In this document: piece by piece, positions 25,528 through 37,499 of the stretch
Numbering within the stretch: position 1 is the stretch's first letter
Layout: the number at the start of each line of letters is the position of its first letter
Origin: Scyliorhinus canicula
Taxonomy: Eukaryota
Length of the DNA: 64,000 nt
Direction of reading: 5' to 3'
Assembly: GCF_902713615.1 (NCBI RefSeq)
Contig: NC_052156.1
Location: 151,220,804 to 151,284,803, forward strand
The notes under the pieces: generated by a model
Seen by the model: only the letters and a program-made list of their open reading frames with translations
What the model was told of the DNA's origin: nothing
Databases searched by the model: none
Position numbers and translations under genes: made by a program

Positions 25528-25989
25528 GGAAGAGGCTGGAGATGGCATCCTGTGTGGGTACGAGCCTGGAAGCGCTGGGAATTGCACCGCTGCCGGTCCC
25601 TCCAACAAGGTATACCACGAGCCCGGTGGTGACAGCTACCCTCAAGATTTGGGGGCAATGGAGGAGGCACAGGGGGAAGGTGGCGGGCTTCGATGGGGTC
25701 CCCAATACGGGGGAACCACAGGTTTGTTCCGGGGAGGATTGATGGCGGGTTCCTGAGTTGGCACAGGGCAGGTGTCAGGAGGCTGGGGGAGGTGGGGAGG
25801 GTTGTCTCTTTGTTTTTGTTTTGGGTTGCATATCTGTTTTTTGCCAATGACGGGTGTTAATTTATTGTTTCTCTTTTATATTTACGGCGGGGCGGAGGTT
25901 CTGTTTTTTTAAATTTTTGTTCTTAGAATTTTCTGAAATTGTTTTTTTTTGTGAAAATGAAAATTTGAATTAAAATTATTTTTTTTAAA

Positions 25990-28066
25990 AAACGTTTTCT
26001 TTATAAGGAACTGAGGGGCAGGGGTGGGGGAGGAAGTCCAGAGAGGGCAGATGGTTGGAGGGCAGGACGACCCCAGGACTAGCTGCCATTCAAATGGTTT
26101 TGGACTTCTGGAACGGACAGTCCAATTGATTGTAGAGATGTAGTCGCAGAGCCAGGAACTACATGAGGGGATGTCAGTGAGCATCCAGCACCTGCAGGTG
26201 CAGTTGGAGGAGTTGCAGCAGCAGGAGGTGCCGATCATGCATGCCACCCAGGCCAACACCGCACGGGTGGCATGCGTGATGGAGGCATTGGAGATGACGG
26301 TTTTGGCTACGGATCAGCATGTTCTAGGCTTGGGGCATTCTGTGCAGGAGCTGGCCGTGATCCAGGACAGGGTTGCCGCCTCACAAGCGACCATGTGCCG
26401 GAGCCACCTGGACATCACAGCGGCACCCTTAGCGTGGCGTAGTCACAGCGGACTGGGAACGTCGGCAGCATTGCCCATTCGATGGCCAACGTGGCACAGA
26501 TGCAGAGGGAAGTAGCACAGTCCCAGAGGCAGGTAGCTCAGTCACTGGCTGATGTTACACAAACCCAGAAGGTGGTGGCACAGTCAGAGGGTGATGTGGT
26601 GCCGGTGACTCCCGCAGGGGAGATGCCGGAACACCGCAGCACCTCAAACCACCCCCCCCCACCTGTCCCTGGTGCAGCCGGTGGGCAGTGGGCGTAACAC
26701 CACGCCACCTGGGACACCCGGGCAGCATCTGGGTCCATCCAGGCCCCGTCTCCCTAGAAGACGCCCGCCAAAGGGACCCAGGTCACAGGGTGGGAATCAC
26801 AGCAGGCCGCCTCCACTCTTGCTGTACCGTCTAGGAACTCGCCTAAATGTAGCGTTAGGGCCCGTAAGGCCAGAAAGGAAGAAACTAGTTAAGTTGGCAT
26901 GGGTGCAGGGCACAGTTTAGTTATAGGGGCTAGGGCACAAACATTTGTTTTCACCACCCGTTACCTCTGTTACAACCTGCCTCGGTGCTCTGTCAGATGG
27001 GTGTGAGGGATGGGCTGGCCAGAGAGTGGGTGCTGGGGGTTGGGGAATGGGCGGCCATTGTGGGTGACCTGGGGCCCCCACCTCTGTCACCCCAGGGACC
27101 AGATGGACCATATGATAGACTGGCCAGCTCGCATTCAGAGATCACCCAGGCAGTCGGTGGAAAGTGTTACTGTCGGCAGCAGTCGGACCTCGTCGTACGA
27201 TGCGGAGCACCAGAGCTCATCACAGAGCGGGTTATCATCATCCTCCATCCCATGGATCAGACCTGCTGTTACTGCCAACCCAGGGCCCGCACCCCGTAGT
27301 ATGGCAAGTATGTATCACAGAGGGAGTTGCAGGCAGGGAAGGTGCGGGGAGGGGATGCGGTGCCAGCCCCCTGGCCAGTCCCTACCCCACACCAGTTGGT
27401 GAACCTGGAGGCGATCAGTGCGTCCCGTGCACATTGGCCCTGGTGCACACATCATGTGGCCTCCCGTGGCTGCCTGGGCCCCATATCCTGCCCATTATCC
27501 CCCTCCCCCGCATCCTCATTGGACGAGGCCTGGCATTAATCCTCTTCCTCCACCACGTCGCCCCTCCACTGCACAATGTCATGGAGGATGCAGCAGGTCG
27601 CACAATGTGGGTGACCCTCACAGCATCATACTGGAGGGCCCCTCCAGAGCGGTCCAGGTACCTGAATCACATCTTCAGGAGGCTGAAGCACTGCTCGATC
27701 ACAGACCTGGTCGCTGTGTGGGCGTTTTTTGTGCCTCTTTGTGTCCTACCTCCTCTCTCTCCCCCATCAGCCACAACGCTGATTTCACGATATTTAAAGG
27801 CACAAGTGAACCGCGCCATTGGGAACCCGGCCGATCGGAGGAGGAGAATCACGGAAGCCACGGAGAATACCGGGTCAGGCCCACTAATGACATGCAAACG
27901 ATGTTTACTGTATGTGCGTTCCGGAACGCATTGACACCATTGTCAAGGTGACAGAGAATTGCGATTTGGCGTCAAAGCGGCACCAGCTGCAATTATGGCG
28001 TCTGAACCAATTGTCCTCCCAATTGCGTTTCACAATTTCAGCGTCAGCTAACAGAGAATCCCGCAC
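25990..28066. mobile_element. Decayed PIF/Harbinger transposon: transposase remnant on minus (~27000-27900) and coiled-coil partner-gene remnant on plus (~26100-26900)
   Basis: HTATRSVIEQCFSLLKM/RFRYLDRSGGALQY is a HARBI1/DDE_Tnp_4-type motif; terminus GAGAATCCCGCAC at ~28066. Confidence 0.75.
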
Positions 28067-28068
28067 AA

Positions 28069-28756
28069 GGGCGGGATTCTCCGACCCCGCGCCAGGTTGG
28101 AGAATCACCGGGGGGCCGCGCGAATCACGCCATGCCGCCCCAATGCCAGGACACGATTCTCCGCAGAGGAGAATCGGTGCCATTGGGACCGGCGTGGTCA
28201 GCACGGCGCTGGTCAGGGGCCGCTCTATGCGGCCTCCCCGCGATTCTCCGGCCCGGATGGGCCGAGCAGCCATAAAAAAAACCGAGTCCCGCCAGCACCG
28301 CTCTAACCTGCTCTGAGCCAGGGGAATCTCGGCATTGAAAGGTCGGGTAGCGGCCTGTGGGGGAGAGGGAGGGTCCGAGCCCAGGAGGGCCTCCGATGTG
28401 GCCTGGACCGCGATTAGGACCCACCAATCGGCAGGCCAGCGTCTATGTCTCCCGGCCTCCTTTCTTCCACGCCGGCACCTGTTCTCCTGCGCCATGTTTG
28501 GTAGAGGGCAGCGCGGACAAGGGAGACACTGTACATGCGCGGAAATCGCGGCGGACCCACTGAGCATGCGCACATCCCCCGGCGCCCATTCCACGGCCGG
28601 ATCAGCAGCTGGAGCGGCGTGAATCGCTCCAGCGCCCTGCTGGCCCCCTGTAGGGGCCAGAATTGATGATCCTGGAGAATTGTTGACGCCGTCAGGAAAC
28701 GCAACGGCGTTTCCAACGCCATCAACACTTAGCCTCAGGATCAGAGAATCCCGCCC
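28069..28756. mobile_element. Harbinger-type MITE
   Basis: 13-bp TIRs GGGCGGGATTCTC (28069) and GAGAATCCCGCCC (28744-28756); CpG-rich interior, no transposase. Confidence 0.8.
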
Positions 28757-28829
28757 AAGATGTTTCTAGAATGGGGTTGAGTTCAGCAACTGAACTTTGC
28801 GACTCACAGGACAGGATATTGGGTTTGGG

Positions 28830-29190
28830 TTCGACTCTATAAACTTTTTTTATTCAACATTTTCAATTTTATGCACAACAATAGAATACTAACAAACAAC
28901 CCAAATCCATCCTCCCCACCCTCCCGGGCCCCGCCAAATGAAAAGAACCCCAATAAAAAAGCCATCCTCAACTCCCTTCTCCCCCTACCTCCCACTCCTC
29001 TCCCCAGCAACTAATGGTGACCAGCTCTTTAAAGTACTGAATAAACGGCTATCATCTCTGATAGAACCCATCAATTGCCTCCCTCACGGAGTATTTGACT
29101 TTCTTGAGGTATACCAACCACAATGAGAAGCTGACCTCCACCCCATCAGTGCCCGCTTTCGAACAATCAGCGAGGTGAAGGCCATAACAT
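28830..29190 (-). mobile_element. L1/Tx1 3'-end remnant
   Basis: T-rich tail with TTTATT; similar to the 9650-9900 region. Confidence 0.55.
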
Positions 29191-29907
29191 CCTGCTGGAC
29201 CGTATAGTTAGAGTCAAATGTGGTCCCTACCTCTCACTGTGTGGGGAACAGCCAGTCAGCAGTGATTTTCCCTGGATGGCCAATTAGTGGCCAAAGGATG
29301 GGCTCAATGTTCAATTAAGGATGGCGGCTGGGCCTTCGAAGCTGGAGAGTTTACAGGAGGAAGGGAATGAAGCCTGCAGTTCAGATGAGTGTGTACGTGA
29401 GAGAGAGAGAGAGAGGGCGCTCCCATCTGGGAGAGGCATTGAAGTGCCCACTCTCCAACTTGATAGACTTTTAAATAGAAAATGGAGTCAGCAGGCTGGC
29501 CAAAAATTGGAGACGAATCCACCTCACAGGGTGATGTGTAGCATCACCGCAAATCCAGCGAGAGAAGTGAGAGCATCGGAGGGATAAAAGGAATGAAAGA
29601 GTCACAATGAGACCAGCTGGAGAGGAGGGAGCACAGTGAGAATAAGAGGAATGGCAGAAAAAGTGGAAGAGTTGCTGCAAGACCAGGCTGAGTTCTCCAA
29701 GGGAAAAGAAGTATGAGATGACAGGAAATCAGGTCAGTAATTGGTGGTATTCTTCTATTGAAATGTGAGTAATTGTTTCAAATCAGGAGGTAGAATTTAA
29801 TAATTTAAATCAGATTACTTTATCATTAAGTGAATTAATAAGGTTGTAACATGACAGCAGATCTAGAGCCTTAATTGGAATTAATAGTTCAAACAGGGCA
29901 CTAGCTA

Positions 29908-32012
29908 GATTTTTCACAGTGCTCAGCAAAGGTTTATACCAACAAAAAGGAAGGACGGTAGAAAGAGGGAAAATCGACCGTGGATATCTAAGGAAATAAG
30001 GGAGAGTATCAAATTGAAGGAAAAAGCAAATAAAGTGGCAAAGATTGCTGGGAGACTAGAGGACTGGGAAACCTTTAGGGGGCAACAGAAAGCTACTAAA
30101 AAAGCTATGAAGAAGAGTAAGATAGAGTATGAGAGTAAGCTTGCTCAGAATATAAAAACAGACAGTAAAAGTTTTTACAAATATATAAAACAAAAAAGAG
30201 TGGCTAAGGTAAATATTGGTCCTTTAGAGGATGAGGAGGGAGTTTTAATAATGGGAGATGAGGAAATGGCTGAGGAACTGAACAGGTTTTTTGGGTCGGT
30301 CTTCACAGTGGAAGACACAAATAACATGCCAGCGACTGATAGAAATGAGGCTATGACAGGTGAGGACCTTGAGAGGATTGTTATCACTAAGGAGGTAGTG
30401 ATAGGCAAGCTAATGGGGCTAAAGGGAGACCAGTCTCCTGGCCCTGATGGAATGCATCCCAGAGTGCTAAAAGAGATGGCTAGGGAAATTGCAGATGTAC
30501 TAATGATGATTTACCAAAATTCACTAGACTCTGGGATGGTCCCGGTGGATTGGAAATTAGCAAACGTGACACCACTGTTTAAAAAAGGAGGTAGGCAGAG
30601 AGCAGGAAATTATAGGCCAGTGAGCTTAACTTCGGTAGTAGGGAAGATGCTGGAATCTATCATCAAGGAAGAAATAGCGAGGCTTCTGGATAGAAATTGT
30701 CCCATTGGGCAGACGCAGCATGGGTTCATAAAGGGCAGGTCGTGCCTAACTAATTTAGTGGAATGTTTTGAAGACATTACCAGTGCAGTAGATAACGGGG
30801 AGCCAATGGATGTGGTATATCTGGATTTCCAGAAAGCCTTTGATAAGGTGCCATACAAAAGGTTGCTGCATAAGATAAAGATGCAAGGCATTAAGGATAA
30901 AGTAGTAGCATGGATAGAGGATTGGTTAATTAATAGAAAGCAAAGAGTGGGGATTAATGGGTGTTTCTCTGGTTGGCAATCAGTAGCTAGTGGTGTCCCT
31001 CAGGGATCCGTGTTGGGCCCACAATTGTTCACAATTTACATAGATGATTTGGAGTTGGGGACCAAGGGCAATGTGTCCAAGTTTGCAGATGACACTAAGA
31101 TGAGTGGTAAAGCGAAAAGTGCAGAGGATACTGGAAGTCTGCAGAGGGAATTGGATAGGTTAAGTGAATGGGCTAGGGTCTGGCAGATGGAATACAATGT
31201 TGACAAATGTGAGGTTATCCATTTTGGTAGGAATAACAGCAAACGGGATTATTATTTAAACAATAAAATATTAAAGCATGCCGCCGTGCAGAGAAACCTG
31301 GGTGTGCTAGTACATGAGTCACAGAAAGTTGGTTTACAGGTGCAACAGGTGATTAAGAAGGCAAATGGAATTTTGTCCTTCATTGCTAGAGGGATGGAGT
31401 TTAAGACTAGGGAGGTTATGCTGCAATTGTATAAGGTGTTAGTGAGGCCACACCTGGAGTATTGAGTCAGTGTTGGTCTCCTTACTTGAGAAAGGATATA
31501 CTGGCAGTGGAGGGTGTGCAGAGGAGATTCACTAGGTTAATCCCAGAGCTGAAGGGGTTGGATTATGAGGAGAGGTTGAGTAGACTGGGACTGTACTCGT
31601 TGGAATTTAGAAGGATGAGGGGGAATCTTATGGAAACATATAAAATTATGAAGGGAATAGATAGGATAGATGCGGGCAGGTTGTTTCCACTGGCGGGTGA
31701 AAGCAGAACTAGGGGACATAGCCTCAAAATAAGGGGAAGTAGATTTAGGACTGAGTTTAGGAGGAACTTCTTCACCCAAAGGGTTGTGAATCTATGGAAT
31801 TCCTTGCCCAGTGAAGCAGTTGAGGCTCCTTCATTAAATATTTTGAAGGTAAAGATAGATAGTTTTTTGAAGAATAAAGGGATTAAGGGTTATGGTGTTC
31901 GGGCTGGAAAGTGGAGCTGAGTCCACAAAAGATCAGCCATGATCTAATTGAATGGCGGAGCAGGCTCGAGGGGCCAGATGGCCTACTCCTGCTCCTAGTT
32001 CTTATGTTCTTA
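29908..32012 (+). mobile_element. 5'-truncated CR1, same subfamily as 21524-23719, one frameshift near 31462
   Basis: ORFs 30014-31465 and 31462-31920 are nearly the same protein as ORF 21619-23967; (TTCTTATG)n tail. Confidence 0.93.
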
Positions 32013-32473
32013 TAAATGAGGGATTAGAGGGTTTATTTTTTCACCTGAATGTTCACCTGACTGATTCCAGAAATAAAGGAGTTATTTTCCGATGATATGT
32101 TGGACAGGTCCACTGCAATTAAGAAGATTATGAGATGATCATCTCAGACACTGAGGGGATTCATGTTATGGGAGAGACTAGAACAGGGGACAGTTTAAAA
32201 ATAAGGGGTTTCCCATTTAAAATGGAGATGAGGAGAATTTCTTTTCTCTCAGAAGATTATTAGTCAGTGGAACTCTGTTCCTCAGAGAGCAGCGGGGGCA
32301 GTTTTATTGAATATTTTTAAGGCCGAGTTAAATAGATTCTTGATTGACAGGAGAGTCAAAGGATGTGGGGTTAGTTAGAAAGTAGATTTCAGGCCACAAT
32401 CTGATTAGCTATGATTTTATTAAATGGCAGAACAGGCTCAATGGACTGAATGGCCTATTCCTGCTGCTAAATC

Positions 32474-33215
32474 TGTTAGGTTACCAGTCCAGCCCCAACA
32501 TTTGTTCGGACACCAAACAAGGTTTTTTCATTTGTAAGGTTGTGGGGAAAGTTTATAACACCCCAAAATTGATGACTCTGACCAATAGGTATATTTTTGG
32601 TTAAAGTAAAACAAACTTTAAATTACGCACAGAATTAACCGCATTAACATCTACAAAATGGCATTACAATTATCAGATATACATTTCTTTTTTAAAAAAA
32701 GAAAAAACTTGGTAATTTATTATCTGGTACTAACTCCAATTAAGCAACCCAACACAGTTCAAATGCCACTTATAAATAAAGTTAACAAACAGGTTACTTG
32801 CTTAGCAGTGTAGAGACTTTTGGAGATCGGTCCTTTCAAGAGCAGATCCAGTTCACTTCTTAACCTAACAGCATTTGGAAAAACTGCTGTTCAACTTAAA
32901 ATCCTATAACATTGCAAAATGACAAACAGACCTGGCTCCTCCCATTAATTACATTATCTGTATCACACTAGGTTCCATTACCTGCTGAGCTAAGACGAAA
33001 CACCACTCTCTCATAAATTATCTACACTCCAGGGAAACTCCAGCCATCAAAATACAATTCCATTAGCCCTTTATCGACAACCAAGTGGTTGGAATCGAAT
33101 CATGAGCTCACCTTTTATGACCCTTTAATTACAGTTTTACTGCATGTATGTATTTTAAACCCGAGTTTTTAATGATATTAATAATGCAACAGGATATAAA
33201 ATATAATATATAACA
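32474..33215. mobile_element. Possible solo LTR / LTR-like repeat
   Basis: TGTTA...TAACA inverted termini; no convincing TSD. Confidence 0.35.
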
Positions 33216-33289
33216 ATTTCTACATTCATCGCAATTCATGTTAGTATTTTCATGTATGGGCATCGGTGACCTGTTGCTTTAATTCCTGT

Positions 33290-33960
33290 GCCATATGGTG
33301 TCTTTGGGTATCAGTCACTGAAAGTAAGCGTGCAGGTACAGCAGGCAGTAAAGAAGGCAAATGGTATGGTGGCCTTCATAATGGGAGGACTTGAGTATAG
33401 GAGTAGGGATGTTTTACTGCAGTTGTACAGGACGTTGGTGAGACCACACCTGGAGTATTGTGTGCAGTTTTGGTGTCCTTATCTTAGGAAAGATGTTCTT
33501 GCGATGGAGGGAGTGCAGTGAAGTTTTTCTAGGCTGATTCCTGGGATGGCAGGTCTGTCATGAGGAGAGACTAAATTGGTTAGGATTATGTTCATTGGAA
33601 TTTAGAAGAGTGAGAGGGGATCTCACAGAAACTTATAAAATTCTAACAGGATTACACAGGGTAGATTCAGAAAGAATGTTCCCAATGATGGGGGAGTCCA
33701 GAACTAGGGAGTCATATTTTGAGGATAAGGGGTAAACCTTTTTGGACTGAGTTGAGGAGAAATGTCTTCAGCCAGAGAGTGGTGAATCTGTGGAATTCAC
33801 TGCCGCAGAAGGTAGTTGAGGCCAAAACGCTGCGTGTTCTTGAGTCAAAAGGGATCAAGGGCTATGGGGTAAGGTGGGGTCAGGGTATATCACAGCCATG
33901 ATCATAATGAATGATGGAGCAGATTCAAAGGGCTGAATGGCCTTCTCCTGCTTCTAATTT
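33290..33960 (+). mobile_element. Older CR1 3' fragment (another remnant at ~32140-32470)
   Basis: [17 protein letters not shown]...RIRGKPFWTELRRNVFSQRVVNLWNSLP. Confidence 0.8.
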
Positions 33961-34039
33961 CCTTGTATGTTTCTATGTAACCTCAGGACACCATGTGTCT
34001 TGGGTGACCATGGGCTGGATTCTCTGTATGGGAGACTAT

Positions 34040-35300
34040 GTTCTCCCGACGGAGCTGAATTGCACCAATTTTACAATCCCCTTATGGTCAAAGAGGGATG
34101 CAATTCATTGTTCCACACCATGCAGATTTATGCATGACGTGGAATATGACAGAATCCCAAGGAGGGCAGCGCGATAGCAAGGTCCCGTGGTCAGCCAACC
34201 CACACTGCAAATTGGCCCCAACCGCCCCCCTCCCCATTGGATTGCCTGGATGCTCCTCCCCATCCCCAAGTACAGGGATGATCCAACTTCCCTATAATAG
34301 GAGGACCCCCAAGGGACCGCTGTAATAGAGGAACCCTCCCCAGGGACTCCTGTTATAAGGGGAAATCTCCAGGCCCCCTGCTATAGGGGGACTCTCACAG
34401 GGACTCCTGTAATAGGAGGACCCCCCTCAAGGACCCCTTACCTAAAGGAACCCCCTCCACAGACACCACCCAACACACCGACCCCCCCCCCCCCCCCCAC
34501 AGTAAAAGGGACACTAATTTGGAAGCGAGAGAGCAGTCCAGACAGGGGCAGTGGGAAGCATTATAGCTGTAATATTTTGCAGCTACACGAGTCCATTCCT
34601 CAAAGGAAATCAGCTGTGTCTGCCTCTGGTTCTCACAGATTCATTAGCTGCAGGTCATTCATAGCTTTTGAGTAGTGGTTTGTGATTGAAATCCTGTAAG
34701 AACCATGTGCAGCTTCGATCCATTCATATCCTTTCACATGTCAGTGGCCTAAGTGGTGAAACCCCAGTGTTCGTAAACATTGACCACATCAAAGAGAGGT
34801 AAGTGCAGTGAAATCAAACGCTTGAGTCATTGGAATCCACTTAGTGCTTGGAATGCACTTACATCTCTTTGATGTGGGATCTAGGAACTCCTCCTCACCC
34901 CCCTCCATTGGGCAAGAACCCCTCCCGGCCCGAACCCTGGCAGTGCCAACCTAGCACCTGGATACCCTGGCAGTGCCACCCAGGCACCCTGGCAGTGCCA
35001 GAGTCACACTACCAGGGTGCATGGGTAGCGTGCCAGGTTGACAGAGCCATGGTGTTTGGTTGCCAGGGGGAGTGCCAGGGTACTACCTTGCCCTACCCCG
35101 ACCACCGGGATCTCTAATAGCCTGTGAGAACCTCCGAGGTGCTGTTACGCCTGGTCCACGTTTGTGGAAACCAATGCTAAATGGTGCCTGGTGAGGTCTT
35201 GCAGGCGCAGCCATTGATTCCCAGGCACTGGGTTAAATGAGCCTAATGGCTAATTTAAATATGCAAGTCTGGATCTCACCCAGTGACGTTGCGCTGGATG
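34040..35300. mobile_element. GC-rich non-autonomous DNA-transposon-like repeat with internal ~30-bp and CCCTGGCAGTGCCA tandem arrays
   Basis: Shares TGGCAC/GTGCCA arrays with 43060-44430; family assignment uncertain. Confidence 0.45.
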
Positions 35301-35355
35301 GAGTGAGTCAAGTGACTCCCGATCAGCCTGACATGGTGCCCAGCATGGAGTCGGA

Positions 35356-35534
35356 GGGGCTGGTTTAGCTCACTGGGCTAAATCGCTGGCTTTTAAAGCA
35401 GACCAAGCAGGCCAGCAGCACGGTTCGATTCCCGTACCAGCCTCCCCGGACAGGCGCCGGAATGTGGCGACTAGGGGCTTTTCAAAGTAACTTCATTGAA
35501 GCCTACTCGTGACAATAAGCGATCTTCTTCTTCA
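35356..35534 (+). mobile_element. Second tRNA-derived SINE family (other copies 44431-44615, 46556-46734, 62115-62291)
   Basis: ggggctggtttagc...ggttcgattcccgtaccagcctccccggacaggcgccgg...gcctactcgtgacaataagc shared by four copies. Confidence 0.85.
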
Positions 35535-35599
35535 TTTGAAGCTCTCACGCAATTTATCCATTGTGCCTGAATCTACGTCTGGTGCGTAGAATTTTATAG

Positions 35600-36660
35600 C
35601 AAAAAAGATACCCTTTGACCCATGGTGTCTGTGCCGGCCATCAAGCACCTATCTATTCTAATCCCATTTTCCAGCACTTGGTCCGTTGCTTTGAATGCTA
35701 TGGTATTTCAAGTGCTCATCTCAATGCTGCTTAATTGTGAGGGTTCCTGCCTTCAACTCCCTTTCAGGCAGTGAGTTCCAGATTCCCACCACCCTCTGTC
35801 TGAAAAAGCTATCCCTCAAATCCCTGTAAGCCCCCTGCCCCTTCCCTTAAATCTTTGCCTCCTGGTTATTGTCCCCTCCATGAAGGGAAAAAGGTTCTTC
35901 CTATCTCCCCTATCTATGTCCTTCCTAATTTTTGCATACTTCAATCAGGTTCCCCCGCAGCCTTCTCTGCTCTAAGGAGAACAACCCCAGCCTAACCAGC
36001 CTCTGTTCATGGCTGAAATGTTCCAACCCAGGCAACATCCTAGTAAATCTCCTCTGGACCCTTTCCAGTGAAATCACATCCTTCCTATAGTGTGGCAACC
36101 AGAACTGCACACAGTACTCTAGCTGTGGTCTAATGAGCATTTTATACAGCTCCATCATAATCTCCTACTCTTATATTCTATGCTTCAGCTAATTAAAGCA
36201 AGTATCCCATATGCCTTCTTAACCACCATATCTACCTGTCAGGCTGTCTTCAGGCACCCATGGACATGCACCACAAGGTCCCTCTGGTCCTTTGTACTTC
36301 CTAGCGTCCTACCATTCATTGTGTATTTCCTTGCTTTGTTAGACCTCCCAGAATGTATCAGCAGACACATTTCATTGGTAAATTCTATTTGTCACTGTCC
36401 TGTCCATCTGACCAGCCCGTTTTTATCACTCTGTAATCCAAGGCTTTCATCTTTGCTATTTACCACACAACCAATTTCTGTGTCATCTGCAAACTTCCTG
36501 ATTACAATCCTCACATTTACGTCTAGATCATTAATGTACACTACAAACAGCAAGGGTCCCAGCATGGATTCCTGTGTACAGCACTGGACACAGGCTTCCA
36601 GTCGCAAGAGCAATTTTCCACCATCACCCTCTGCCTCCTGACACAAAGCCAATTTTGAAC
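35600..36660 (-). mobile_element. CR1 3' fragment
   Basis: [17 protein letters not shown]; QESMLGPLLFVVYINDLD...KFADD. Confidence 0.8.
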
Positions 36661-37011
36661 TTTTGCAAATTGTCTTTAAGCTGATACAAATGTTTTGAAA
36701 AGTTCAAATTGGATTTCTGCCAAACTTCTTCATGGTTTCAGAAAGTGAGTCATGAAGGGATTTGCCAGAAATTCACTTTCTACTGTATCCCAACAACAAA
36801 CTGTAGAGTCTTTTAACCACTGCACATGTACATTTTAAGTCAGAACACATTGCTTTAACAAAGACTTGATGATGTTTCTAATATACAGTATACTCTCAGT
36901 TGGGCAAGAGGTCTGGATGGTGATGGTGGGGAAGTCGGAGTAGACTATTATCAATTGTTGGCAACCTCCTTTATCAACAGTGCAGACTACAGTCTTGCAC
37001 TTCTTTTTACA

Positions 37012-37287
37012 TTAAGAAGTCTTACAACACCAGGTTAAAGTACAACAGGTTTTTTTCAAATCACCAACTGTTGGAGCACAGCTCCTTCCTCAGGTGAATG
37101 AAGAGGCGGGCTCCAGAAACATATATATAAACAAAGTCAATGATGCAAGACGATACTTGAATGCGAGTCTTTGCAGGTAATTAAGTCTTTACAGGTCCAG
37201 ATGAAGCAACTGGAGAGAGGGATAATCACAGGTTAATGAGGTGTAAATTGTCAACACCCCAATCCAACGCCGGCTTCTCCATATCAT
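37012..37287. mobile_element. Penelope-like element terminal fragment with inverted end
   Basis: aagaagtcttacaacaccaggttaaag is shared with 47945-48030; its right end is the reverse complement of the 5' ~35 nt of that copy. Confidence 0.65.
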
Positions 37288-37499
37288 TCCTTTTACATGG
37301 CCTCTGTCACTGCCTTATGTTCCTGACAGAACTAATTGCGCAGAACAGCAATGCTCCCCTGCCAACCATCACCTTCTTTTTGCAACTTACCTACCAATTC
37401 CCTTAAATCCTTTTTGTTCAGTTGCAAGGCATGCACATGTGCATCATAGGCCAATTATTTCTGAACTTAAACTGAATTTTGTCTTTCAGAAACTCTTTA

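Larger units (their letters stand above)
18290..25920 (+). mobile_element. Fragmented L1/Tx1-clade LINE split by the LTR element at 19953-25527
   Basis: GSYRPISLLNVDAK...DAEKAFDRVEW, LYAD. The reading EGVAWK|RLEMASCVGTSL rejoins across the insertion. Confidence 0.85.

Noticed and set aside
37391-37460. Strong minus-strand donor GGTAG|GTAAGT
   Set aside because: The matching acceptor is weak and no consistent frame or partner exon was found.
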